Shown: in pieces, positions 1-12,578 of the stretch
Position numbering within the stretch: the first letter of the stretch is position 1
Layout of the letters: each line of letters starts with the position of its first letter
DNA from: Octopus vulgaris
Taxonomy: Eukaryota
NCBI GenBank assembly: GCA_951406725.2
Contig: OX597832.1
Coordinates: 51,832,001 to 51,896,000 of the forward strand
Length of the DNA stretch: 64,000 nucleotides
Direction of reading: 5' to 3'
The notes under the pieces: model-generated
What the model saw: the letters and a program-made list of their open reading frames with translations, nothing else
Databases searched by the model: none
Told to the model about the DNA's origin: nothing
Position numbers and translations under genes: made by a program

Positions 1-496
1 TATGCACTTTTGACAAGTTGTGGTGCACCTCAGCACTGTATACAATAATTTCATTATTATTATATATATGTATGTATGCATATACATAGACACAAAAACA
101 TACCCATTAATATAGAAAGGTAGATAGATAGATAGACAGACAAGACAGATAGATAGATAGAGAGAAAGAGAGAGAGAGAGAGAGAGTTTCAAGTTTCCTA
201 GAATAAATAAATGCACACAAACATTCAATTGTTAGTGCTTATAGATAGTGCATATGCACATACATAAAGAGCAATGAATCACACACATCTGTATACACCT
301 CCCACCACCACCACCACCACCACCACCACCACGCATCACACACTTCTCTACTTCCTCGAAGAGATATTCCTTGATATGCAAGTATATCTACACACTCACA
401 TGTGTGTGTGTGTGTACGTACATATGTATGTAGGTATGTGTGTGTGTGAATATATATGTACTATATATATACACATATATATAAATATGCAATACG

Positions 497-552
<56 letters not shown>

Positions 553-554
553 AC

Positions 555-590
<36 letters not shown>

Positions 591-1132
591 GTATATAAAG
601 ATACATATATAGAGAGAGAGATACATATGCACGCACACACGCACACACACACACACACACACACAGATACCTGTGTGCACTTGCATGCATATGTATACTT
701 AACGTTGACTCATTCACATTCTCAAATTCTAGGAACTATGAATCTTGACTCAAAAAAAAAATCAATAATATAAATAATAAAAATAAATAGATAAGCTTTG
801 CCACATCTGACATAATGTCATGTCTGGATTCTATGAAGAACTGAAATAAATCTCAGAAAAATAAAAAGAATAAAAATTCATGTACATACAAATTTCTTAT
901 TTGTATTTCCACATTTCTCTTTTTTACCTTTTAAAATTTTCTTTCCTTTTTTTTCTTTCCTTGTCATTTTTTTTTATCTTGTTTAAATATTTTGTTTATA
1001 TTTGATTGTTATCTTCCAGTAATCATTATTGTTAAAGAATTCAATTGCACTTGAAGGTCAAACAGCATTGGATGAACACAGCTGTATTTCATACTAAGAT
1101 AGAAAAAAGAGGTGTATTTTATATTATTATTA

Positions 1133-1679
1133 TTGAGTGAGAGAGCAGTGCATGCCATCAAAGTGACACTGGGGTAAAATATACAAAGCCCAGTATACCC
1201 ATCATGACTACACGTCTGATAAGGATACACTAGGCACATGCATCACAACCATATGTGCGCGACATGGTGATCTCATATCAAAATAAACAGTGCATGACCT
1301 TGCAGGTGGGGCCCAGTTAGAATTTTCTTCAGGTCGAGTAGCCCATCCTACTCAAAAAGTCCCTGAATAAGTGTTGTTTAAGGATGTTGAATGAAACACC
1401 CATGTTTCCAGAGGTGAATCATTCAAACCCCAAATAATCCCTCTCAACACATGGCTATGATGCTCCCCCACTACTTCTGCTCGTGATCAGAGATGCACAT
1501 ATTGTCAGCCACTGAGGGACACGCTCAACTGGTTAAGGTCAAACAACTGACTAGCAAATCTGTGGTATTGAGCAGAATATTTGCTGTAGCCCATCTTTTA
1601 TACCAAGACAAAACAATGTACATGATAACACTTCCAGTCAGTTAAGATCAGAAGCCATGAGAGCCACTGCCTGGTACTG

Positions 1680-1680
<1 letters not shown>
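1133..1680 (-). mobile_element. ~550-bp non-coding retroposon found in (TAA)n arrays (other copies 2999-3498, 23515-23885, 26440-26680, 31078-31385; inverted piece 22805-22988)
   Basis: Multiple similar copies sharing the end ...GCTCTCTCACTC(AAT)n on the - strand, with variable truncation of the other end. Confidence 0.8.
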
Positions 1681-1731
<51 letters not shown>

Positions 1732-2003
1732 ATTATCATTTTTCCTCAAAACAAAACGATGAATTAGCTTACTATTTGAAAGCTGGGAGGAGGAAGAGAA
1801 ATAGGATGATGATGATGAAATGAAAATAAGATAATAGCTTTATTCATATCCTGTTGAGGTCAACCTTTTGCATTTTAATCCTTTTTGGGTTGGTAAAATA
1901 AAGCACCAATCAAATCCTTGGGTGAATGTAAATTGTCTAACCCCACCTCCTCCTTCTAAATTTGCTGGCCTTGTGCCAAAATTAGAAAGAATCTTTATTA
2001 TCA

Positions 2004-2605
2004 TTATTACCTCTGCCTTCACTAAGGCGGAGGTATTGTTTTTAGTCGCATTTGTTTGTATGTGTATTTGTTTGTCTGTGGACAAGATATCTCAAGAACC
2101 ACTAGATGGATTTGGATGAAACTTTCAGGAATGTTTGGCCTCATGGCTGGCATGAACTGATGAGATTTTGGGATCGATCCAGTACCGGTCAAGGATTCTG
2201 GATTATTTATTACTTTTACTTCACTTTTCATGATATGATCTTACGTTAACTTTCAAGTCTTTCTCAATTATTTCCCTTTACGCTGTAACTATTTTGACTG
2301 GTGAATTTGTTAACTTTAGCTTGTATTAGATAAGGATAAATTATTTATTACTGTTACTAAATTTTCTACGGCCACCTTCACATTCCAAGAACTACCATTG
2401 TGATCAATCAGGTATTGGATAAGGATTCTGGATTACTTTTCTGGTTTTTTTTTACTTAATTTTTGAGAATGGTCAGGTTCATTTTTAGTATTTTTGTTTG
2501 TGAGAGCAGTCAAGTTTATTTCAGATATTTTTATTTTAAAAAATCATCTCTGGCTAATTGTTGAGAGGACGTTGTTAAAGGTTTGCACTCTCTGAGTGTT
2601 CTTGT
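2004..2605 (+). mobile_element. Helentron/HINE-like non-autonomous element
   Basis: 5' TTATTACCTCTGCC..GGCGGAGGTA hairpin, GTTT/GTCT microsatellite and 3' GGTTTGCACTCTCTGAGTG. A similar architecture occurs at 50325-50500. Confidence 0.55.
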
Positions 2606-2925
2606 TATTATTATTATTATGATTATTGTTATTATTATTATTGGCAAGCTGGCAGAATTCTTAGCATACCAGGCAAAATGCTTGGCAGCATTTCGTCTGC
2701 TGTTATGTTCTGAGTTCAAATTCTGCTGAGGTTGAATTTGCCTTCCATCCTTTCAGGGTTGATAAATTAAGTACCAGTGAAACACTGGGGTCGATGTAAC
2801 TGACTTGTCCCCTCCCCACCAAATTTCAAGCCTTATACCTTCAACAGAAAGGATTATTGTTGTTGTTGTTGTTGTTGTGTGTTGTTGTTGTTGTTTGTTG
2901 TTGTTGTTGTTTGTTGTTGTTGTTG

Positions 2926-2999
<74 letters not shown>

Positions 3000-3496
3000 G
3001 AGTGAGAGAGCAGTTCATGCCATCAAAGTGACACTGGGGTAAAATATACGAAGCCCAATATACCCATCATGACTACCCGTCTGATAAGGGTACACCAGGC
3101 ACATGCATCACAACCATATGTGCGTGACATGGTGATCTCATATCAAGATAAACAGCACATGACCTTGCAGGTGGGGCCCAGTTAGAATTTTCTTCAGGTT
3201 GAGTAGCCCATCCCGCTCAAAAGGTCCCTGAATAAGGGTTGTTTAAGGATGTTGAAAGAACCACCCATGTTTCCAGAGGTGAATTATTCAAACCCCAAAG
3301 AATCCCTCTCAACACATGGCTATGATGCTCCCCTACTACTTCTGCTCGTGATCAGAGATGCACATATCGACAGCCACTAAGGGACATGCTCAACTGGTTA
3401 AGGTCAAACAACTGACAAGCAAATCTGTGGTATTGAGCAGAATATTTGCTGTAGCCCATCTTTTATACCAAGACAAAACAATGTACATGATAACAC

Positions 3497-3545
<49 letters not shown>

Positions 3546-4396
3546 GGCCACCATACTGTGAAGTCATGAAATTTTTGCAATCTTTTCAGCCTTCTAAGGC
3601 CCCATTTTTTAAAATTCCTTTGTTACCTCTATGTTTCAGAGATTGTCTGGACTGCGCAGATAATATTTTTTTGTGTAGAAATACTCCAGGGGATATGCTT
3701 CAATAATTTTTGAATTTTAACTGCTTTCGGCAAAAACAAATATTTTGCAATTTTCTGTAATTATTTAAAGATGGCTGATAAAGAAGCCATTATAATGTTT
3801 GACTAGGAACACATTCCTTGTTGGGTAAAATTGAGAATATGAATAATGAATGGCCTAAACTTAATGAGTCACCAAGGCGAAAAATGTTTCGTCTGTAAGC
3901 AACGTTAAAACTTTTGGTGTTAACAATAAGAACAACAGCAACAGCAAGTAGAGGCACAATGACCCAGTGGTAAGGGTAGCGGACTTGCGATTGTAAGAAC
4001 GCGATTTCAATTCCCAGACCGGGCATTGTGAGTGATTGAGGCTCTGGCAGGGAGGTGAACCCCGCTGTACTCTTTCACCACAACTTTCTCTCACTCTTTC
4101 TTCCTACTTCTGCCACAAAGCAGAGGAACCATGGTGTAACCCACTATGGTGTGGTAAAACTTTCAGACCCTAGTCTAGATTACAAATCCTCTGTACCCCA
4201 GGATGGTTCAGCTCTCCACCCGTTAAAAGACACTGTTTACGGAATGAGGATAACAACGTAGCTTTCGCACCCGTGCAACCGCCTGTCTATCGCTTGTGGT
4301 GGGTGGATTTTGAAGTTGCCACATGCATTCTTAGTTGCTTAGAGTAGGTTCGAATTTGAGATTAATTTTTTGTGGTTAATGGCGTGAGTCCTGATT

Positions 4397-4565
4397 AGAA
4401 GAAGAAGAAGAAGAAGAAGAAGAAGAAGAAGAAGAAGAAGAAGAAGAAGAAGAAGAAGAAGAAGAAGAAGAAGAAGAAGAAGAGGGGAGGAGGAGGAGGA
4501 GGAGGAGGGAGGAGAAAGAGAAGAAGAAGAAGAAGAAGAAGAAGAAGAAGCAGCAATAATAATAA
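4397..4565. repeat. (GAA)n/(GGA)n microsatellite
   Basis: Direct reading. Confidence 0.95.
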
Positions 4566-4572
4566 GAAAGAA

Positions 4573-5725
4573 ATGAAGCATAAAAATGCAAATATTGCTG
4601 CTGCATCTGCAGTGAGAAATATGGAAAGTTTTCCCATAGATAAAGAAGAATTAAAACTGGCAAGAAAAATTGTAAAAAGAATTAGAAGAAGGGTAGCTCC
4701 AAACCCTCCATCTGACCTGATAGAAAATATCACAAGATGCACAGGAAACATACCATTGCATTGGAGTCGAGTCTTGGCCGGTGGAAAATGATCCTGAGAG
4801 CGAAGTACAAAAATACCTTGGGCACGTGTGGGAACAAAAGACCCACATCACCCAAGGAAAGAAGTTTGGAACCATTGAGGTGAGATTTGGGGCAGAAGAA
4901 GAAGCTAGATGTAATTTCGCAAACACTTTGAGGAATGACAATTTTTTTCTTAATCCCCAGCTATCTTGGCCACCTTGCCAGGATTAGGGTGCTGAATGTG
5001 CCACCAGAAAAATCCATTACCTGGTTAGTGGTGGCCTTCTTGGCAGGTTTAGAAAAAAGGGAATTCACAATATTGGAGGTCAAGAAACTACCTAAGCAAA
5101 ACTGGATAGGTCTAGGTATGGAACTGACCTTGCAATACAAGCAGGACCATATCGACCAGCTGCCCGATCTAATCAATCCTCCAGACGGTACTCACCTGTC
5201 ATAAGGTGGCGTGTTGGCAGAATTGTTAGCATGCCAGGCGAAATGCTTACTGGTATTTCGTCTGCTGTTACGTTCTGAGTTCAAATTCCGCCGAGGTCGA
5301 CTTTGCTTTCATCCTTTCGGGGTCAATTAAATAAGTACCAGTTACGCACTGGGGTCGATGTAATCGACTTAATACCTATGTCTGTCCTTGTTTGTCCCCT
5401 CTGTGTTTAGCCCCTTGTGGGTAATAAAGAAATAGGTATTTCGTCTGCCGTTACGTTCTGAGTTCAAATTCCGCCGAGGTCGACTTTCCCTTTCATCCTT
5501 TGGGGTCGATTAAATAAGTACCAGTTACGCACTGGGGTCGATATAATCGACTTAATCCATTTGTCTGTCCTTGTTTGTCCTTTCTGTGTTTAGCCCCTTG
5601 TGGGTAGTAAAGAAATAGGTTCTCACCTGTCAGTGTTTGTGGAGGGTAGAAAACTAAGATGCCCCACAAATGTGGGTTTGTAAACCACTTAAAGGCTTTC
5701 TGCCTTGAAACAAGGAAAAAATAAA
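4573..5725 (+). mobile_element. Decayed Tx1/L1-like ORF1 (gag-like), interrupted by a SINE
   Basis: Frameshifted reading ...GTIEVRF...IRVLNVPPE...DGTHLS|VFVEGRKLRCP..KCGFVNHLKAFC (CCHC knuckle) that resumes after the SINE target-site duplication. Confidence 0.6.
5202..5620 (+). mobile_element. tRNA-derived SINE family A, dimeric copy, TSD CTCACCTGTCA
   Basis: Box A TGGCAGAA.., box B GAGTTCAAATTCC, central GTCGACTTTGCCTTTCATCCTTTCGGGGTCGATAAA-like domain and tail CCTTGTGGGTAGTAAAGAAATAG. Many other copies, e.g. 2643, 18538(-), 21665, 22100, 27274, 31630, 37656, 44025(-), 50944, 58713, 61117. Confidence 0.9.
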
Positions 5726-6194
5726 GTCTCCCTCCTCTTCCTCCCAGATGTTACTGTATAAGAGAATCAAATTTCTATTTGCATATCAGGTTTCTATTTG
5801 CATATCTCTATTCACGAGATCCTTGTCAATCAAAAATACAATAATACATATAAGGAATGCACAGCAGCAGATAAGCAAGGAGAGGTCAGAAGGTTAGTGT
5901 TTTTGAGTACAATCTAGGTGCTGCTGTTGCCGCTGCTATTGTTGTTGCTGTTGATGTTGATGTTTAAACCTGATGTCATCCTTCACTGATCAACAGTATT
6001 CCAGTAGCAAAATGAACATTATATCTTTTTGATGTGAATTTTAGGAAAATTTCTATGCAGAGATGCACAGGCATGGCTGTGTGATAAGAAGTTTGTGCCC
6101 AGCTACATGGTTCTGCATTTAGTCCCACTGCATGGGATATGGGGATAATCTGGGCTGGTCAAGTCTGGGGAGCATTAAGGTCATTCAAAGTAGA

Positions 6195-6530
6195 CCTCAC
6201 ACATGGTTCCAGCAAGATGGAGCAACAGTTCATACTGCAAGAGAAACAATGCAGCTGCATTGGAGAGAGAATAATCTCCTGCTACGGCAATGTTAGCTGG
6301 CCTTCACATTCCCCAGACTCGACTAGCCCGGATTTTTACTTGTAGGAAAGAAAGAGAGGGTTTATGTCAATAAACTGAAGACCCTAGCACAACTGAAGGA
6401 GAACATCAAAAGAGAAATCAGAGAAGTGGTGTCTCAAACTCTTGAGGGTGTTATGGTAGAACATTTGGAAAATTGCATAGGTGTGAGAAGTCAAAGATGG
6501 CTGCCATTTAAGGGATGTCATTTTTCATAT
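6195..6530 (+). mobile_element. Tc1/mariner-superfamily (maT/DD37D-like) transposase 3' relic
   Basis: WFQQDGATVH and WPSHSPD..SPDFYL, then VYVNK.KTLAQLKENIKREI. Confidence 0.7.
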
Positions 6531-6559
6531 GTGATGTAATATATATAATATATATATGC

Positions 6560-6626
<67 letters not shown>

Positions 6627-7372
6627 TACATATATATATGCATATTTGGGTACAGGATGTCACAAACTGTGTAAACAACATGAAATAAGAAAACAAACAA
6701 GTTAAATATGCAAACAACGAGAGAAAAATGGACAACATGACAAAACCTTTTTGATGTGACCCTATACTATTTCCTTCTTCCGTCCTCCTCTAATTCCCTT
6801 TTCTCCTCCTCCCTCTTTCACCATTTTCTGTCTGTCTGTCTGTCTGTCTCTCCCCCTCTCTTTCTCTTTTTCTCTCTCTCATTGCTCACATGTAACCATT
6901 GTCCATCTTTCTTTTCCTCACGTGACCATCTTTATTTTCCTCCATAAATGTTCAAAAGACTGGACGTTTTCTTTCTCTCTCTTCTACCTTCTCTTTTCAA
7001 AGAAAATATTTCTCCCAGCATTAACTATTTTCCTCTTATTCTGGTCTAATGAGCCCTCCATGTTTGTTTTCCTTTGGTTTCCTTGTATGTCTCCACTGTC
7101 CTGTTTTTGTCCCCAATTTTGACCCTCCATAAATGCTAAATTTTATTTTAAAATTCATGGGAGCAGCTGTCTTTGAGGACTCATATTTTCATTGAATGCT
7201 TGAAATGAGGAGTAGATAGACAGCCGACAACTTAGGAAAAGTCGATCTTTATGTTTACTTGTCCTGTTTTCCATTTTTGCTCTCATTGTTTGCATATTTC
7301 ATGCTGTTACGCAGTTGGTGATGTCCTGTACCCATATATATATGTATGTATGTATGTATGCATGTATGTATG

Positions 7373-7436
<64 letters not shown>

Positions 7437-7614
7437 GGCTTAGTAAAATAAATTACTTTGCCGCATACTGAACTCATTAGAAATAGCAGCTAAAAAACTT
7501 TTTTAAAAACCATTTCTAATACTTAAAGAAAATCTCTCTCATATAGTGTTTGGTCAACTCAACTCACGAAAGTTTGGGGGTAAAGACATCAAAAAATCAA
7601 ATGCAAAGGTTATT

Positions 7615-7666
7615 TGAGAACGTACGTTTCAAGATTAGTCATCACAACACTTCTATCATCAGCTCA
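7615..7666 (-). ncRNA. Type-I minimal hammerhead ribozyme motif
   Basis: TGAG-CTGATGA-tAGA..TCTt-GAAA-CGTACG-TT-CTCA: stem I TGAG/CTCA, palindromic stem III, weak stem II. Confidence 0.6.
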
Positions 7667-8049
7667 GAAACTCCTTGGTTTGGATTTGAAAACACTGAAA
7701 GTGAGAGCATACTCTTTCGGCCTCTCATCGCTTTCGAAGATCTGCTCGTAACTAACAGTGCCAACAAACTCAAACATGCAAGCGAAGAATTTCTGCTCTC
7801 CCTTTCCACCAGCGTGGGTTAAAATCAACAAACACTCTGCTTATTTCGGTAAAATCCGAAGCATTAATTAGAGGGAGATTAATTATAATTTCAACAATTG
7901 AGGGTAAAATTAATTAATTATTAATTAATTTCACCAAGTGTTCAGTATGCAAAGGGACCATTTAAGGCGAATTCAAATTATTACAATATATAAAAGGGCT
8001 TAGTAAAATAAATTACTTTGCCGCATACTGAACTCATTAGAAATAGCAG

Positions 8050-8084
<35 letters not shown>

Positions 8085-8116
8085 TTTATTTTAAGCAGCA
8101 GAAAATTCAACAAAAT

Positions 8117-8154
8117 CTGTTACTCTGAGTTTCTCGTTGCCGTTCATCAGACAG
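8117..8154 (-). ncRNA. Type-I minimal hammerhead ribozyme motif (paralog 33662-33699 has CCGACGA)
   Basis: CTGT-CTGATGA-ACG gcaa CGA-GAAA-CTCAGAG-TA-ACAG. Confidence 0.65.
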
Positions 8155-8351
8155 TTTTTGCTAGGGAGGAGGAGAAAAGGGAATTAGAGGAGGACGGAGG
8201 AAGGAAATAGTATAGGGTCACATCAAAAAGGTTTTTCTCATGTTGTCCATTTTTCTCTCGTTGTTTGCATATTTAACTTGTTTGTTTTCTTATTTCATGT
8301 TGTTTACACAGTTTGTGACATCCTGTACCCAAATATGCATATATATATGTA

Positions 8352-8405
<54 letters not shown>

Positions 8406-8438
8406 CATATATATATTATATATATTACATCACATATG

Positions 8439-8479
<41 letters not shown>

Positions 8480-8773
8480 TATATACACACACACATATAT
8501 CATCATCGTCATCATCATCGTCATCATTTAACATTTGCTTTCCATGCTGCCATGGGTTGGACAGTTTGACTCAGGGCTGGCAAGCCAGAAGGCTGCACCT
8601 GGCTCCAATCTTGATCTGGCAGAGTTTCTACAGCTAGATGCCCTTCCTAATGCCAACCACTCTGAGAGTGTAGTGGGTGTTTTTTACATGCCACCAGCAT
8701 GAGATCCAGTCAGGTGGCACTGGGAACAGCCATGCTCGAATGGTGTTTTTTATGTGTTGAGTGTGTGTGTGTG

Positions 8774-8813
<40 letters not shown>

Positions 8814-9266
8814 ACTTCTTTCAGTTTCCGTCTACCAAATCCACTCACAAGGCTTTGGTCAGCTCAAAGCTATAGTAGAAGACAGTTGCCCAAGGGTGCC
8901 ACGCAGTGGGACTGAACCCACAACCATGTTGTTGGTAAGCAACCTATTTAACACACAGCCACTCCTGCACCTAAAATTCGCTATGAAATTAAAATTATAT
9001 TTGTACTTAATTGATTAAAAATTCAGGAAATTTATTTCAAAATTGTACATGCACTGGTTGAACCTTTCAGGGGTTAACTAGTGGTGAGAATTGTAGAGGG
9101 GGGCTGGAAATAACTAGGTTAATTGGTCATAAAAAAGTAAGAATAAATCATCCTAAATATAATGAAAGTAAATTGCAATGGAAGCTGGAAGTGATAACAG
9201 TGACATCCCTTAATTTCATGTAAACAACGCATGTGACATAACCAAATGCATAGAACATACAATATA

Positions 9267-10166
9267 TCTTTATATATAAAAGTGAAGTTGTGTGTCTGTC
9301 TCCTACGATTTAGATTCCTAACTCCTCCCACATTTTGCGGTGCAGTTTAACCAAATTCGGGTATCTTATAGTCGTGATTCATATCGAGCCCGTCTGGCTA
9401 TTAGCGCGTGTCAACGATGAGTCTACGATTTAAAAAATAATTTAACATCATTTTTTATTCCATTTTAATGCATAATCTTTCGTGTGTCAATGGCGGCGGA
9501 GTTGGCGTCCACGCTCACAGCTGCACCTGTTTGCTTCTCCCCCTTCCCTCCCTCGTGAAGCTGTGGGGAAGGGAGTGTAAAGAAATCAACGTCGTAATGC
9601 GTTGTCAAGGAGACCAGCGTTCTTTTAGAACAACGACTTCATGGCTTGAAGAAACCAAAACAGAAATGGCTAAGAAAGCCCGAATTGGCTTCTATAAGGG
9701 AAGTAACTCTCTAAAAATGCTTATATAGTTATTTCCCTTACAAACCTGAGCAACGCCGGGCGATACTGCTAGTCTTTGTATATAAAAGTGAAGTCGTGTG
9801 TCTGTCTCCTACGATTTAGATTCCTAACTACTCCCACATTTTGCGGTGCAGTTTAACCAAAACCGGGTATCTTATAGTCGTGATTCATATCGAGCCCTTC
9901 TGGGTATTAGCGCGCGTCTACGATGAGTCTACAATTTAAAAAAAATTTACCATCATTTTTTTCCATTTTAATGCATTTTCGTTATTATATAAGGGAAGTA
10001 ACTCTCTAAAAATGTCTACGATGAGTCAACGATTTAAAAAAAAATTTACCATAATTTTTTTTCCATTTTTAATGCATTTTTTGCTATTTTTTGGCTATAA
10101 CTTTCTAAAAATGCTTATATAGTTATTTCCCTTACAAACCCGAGCAACGCCGGGCAATACTGCTAG
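9267..10166 (+). mobile_element. Two head-to-tail non-autonomous Helitrons (9267-9772, 9773-10166)
   Basis: 5' TC, subterminal hairpin CCCGAGCAACGCCGGG, 3' CTAG, A|T insertion site and no TSD. Confidence 0.85.
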
Positions 10167-10486
10167 TTTAATATAATATGAAAACCATCATATATATATA
10201 TATATTATCTTAGTGTGCTCATTGCTGAGTATAGTAGATTGCAATGGTATACCATCTGAAATACCTCACATGTCTCTAGAAGGTAACTTACATGTAGGTA
10301 TCTGATAATATAGCATAGGTGTAGGAGTGGCTGTGTGGTAAGTAGCTTGCTTACGAACCACATGGTTCCGGGTTCAGTCCCACTGCGTGGCATCTTTGGC
10401 AAGTGTCCTCTACTATAGCCTCGGGCTGACCAAAGCCTTGTGAGTGGATTTGATAGACGGAAACTGAAAGAAGCCCGTCGTATATA

Positions 10487-10557
<71 letters not shown>

Positions 10558-11403
10558 GTGTGTGTATATGTTTCTGTGTCTGTGTTTGTCCCTCCAACAT
10601 CACTTGACAACCGATGCTGGTGTGTTTATGTCCCCATAACTTAGTAGTTCGGCCAAAGAGACCGATACAATAAGTACTAGGCTTACAAAGAATAAGTCCT
10701 GGGTAAGTCCTGGGGTCGAATTTGCTCGACTAAAGGCGGTGCTCCAGCATGGCTGCAGTCAAATAACTGAAACAAGCAAAAGAGTAAAGAGAAGGTAATG
10801 AGGGAATTCTTTATGTCACTTTTATCAAATTTTAAGAGGGCACTGTCAGCCCTTCCAGTTTGAATCACAATTTACTTTCACCTTTTTAGGAAAATATACT
10901 TTCACCGTTCTACAATTGTAAACCCATGTTAACCATTGGCTGTGCTGTTGATGTCAATGAAAAGAAGGCATACCATACAGGATATTTGCTCCATATGAGA
11001 AATAATTCTGAAAGTGGATTTTCAGATATTAGGCAATTTCCAATAAATCATTTTGTCATTACAACTAATTATTAATCAGATATTTTTCATATCCATATCC
11101 TGTTATATTGTATATATGTAAGATATTTTTCATATCTATATCCTGTTACATTGTTTGCATATATATATGTGTGTGTGTGCAGGTATTTATCTGTCTGTCT
11201 GTTTGTCTGCATGTATGTGTGCCTGTATAGCCACAAGTGTGGCCGTGTGGTAAGAAGCTTGGTTCCCAACCACGTGGTTCATGGTTCAATCCGACTGCGT
11301 GGCACCTTGAGCAAGTATCTTCTAATATAGCCTTTGGGCTGACCAAAGCCTTGTGAATGGATTTGGTAGATGGAAACTGAAAAAAAGCCCATTATATATA
11401 ATA

Positions 11404-11446
<43 letters not shown>

Positions 11447-11894
11447 AATAAATAAAACATATGCATATATACATACATATATGTACGTACCTACCTCTAC
11501 ATGTATATATAGATGCATATATGGGTACAGGACACCAAAAAAACGTCGAACACAATGAGAAACGAAAACATAAACACAAAACCAAGGAAATGGACATTTT
11601 TCTTAAACAAAGAAAAAATAGAGTACAAGACATACAACACAAGGAAAATTCCCCTTCTTCAGTCACCTTTGTTTCATCTACTCCACGTTTCGAAGGTGTG
11701 TGTGTATATATATACACACGCACACACATATATATATTAATAGAAATGACAAGACAACAAAAGAATGGAGACCTCGGTATTATGTAAATAGAGGAATTTA
11801 TCTGTAAATATAATATGTGTCAAATATTCGGTAGCCATGATAAAACACAGAGTTTTATCATGGCTACCGAATATTAGTCACATATTATATTTAC

Positions 11895-11964
<70 letters not shown>

Positions 11965-12002
11965 TATATATAATATATATATACACATATATATATGTTA
12001 TG

Positions 12003-12066
<64 letters not shown>

Positions 12067-12335
12067 TATGTATATATGTATGTGTGTGTCTTTGTGTCTG
12101 CGCTTGTGCAGCAACCACTCCTTGACAACTGGTGCTGCTGTCTGTATGTCCCCGAAACTTAGCAGTTTGTCAAAAGGAATCGACAGAATAAGTACCAGGC
12201 TTTAAAATAAAAAGTACCGGGGTCTATACATTCAACTAAAAGTTCTTCAAGGTGGTGCCCCAGTATGGCCACAATCTAATGACTGAAGCAAGTAAAAGAT
12301 AAAACAAAAGACCCATCTATCTATCTATCTATCTC

Positions 12336-12398
<63 letters not shown>

Positions 12399-12505
12399 GT
12401 CTTTTTGTATGTATGAATGCATGCACTCTTTACAAATCTTTTACACATTTCAACCCCAAGGCTGTGACTATCCTGGGGCACCACCAGTTAAATAGAAATT
12501 TTTTC

Positions 12506-12578
12506 TACCTCTGATGGGACTCAAACCCACAATCCCCAGTTTACGAAGCTGGTGCCTTATCCACTGGGCCACGGAGGC
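12506..12578 (-). pseudogene. tRNA pseudogene: Arg(CCT)-like body with a CGT anticodon
   Basis: 73 nt GCCTCCGTGGCCCAGTGGATAAGGCACCAGCTTCGTAAACTGGGGATTGTGGGTTTGAGTCCCATCAGAGGTA. Forms a cloverleaf with mismatches in the acceptor and anticodon stems and TTC>TTT in the T loop. Confidence 0.7.

Noticed and set aside
274-773. YI/HT/VCMY-rich ORFs here and throughout the window
   Set aside because: They are translations of (TA)n, (CA)n and (TATG)n microsatellites.
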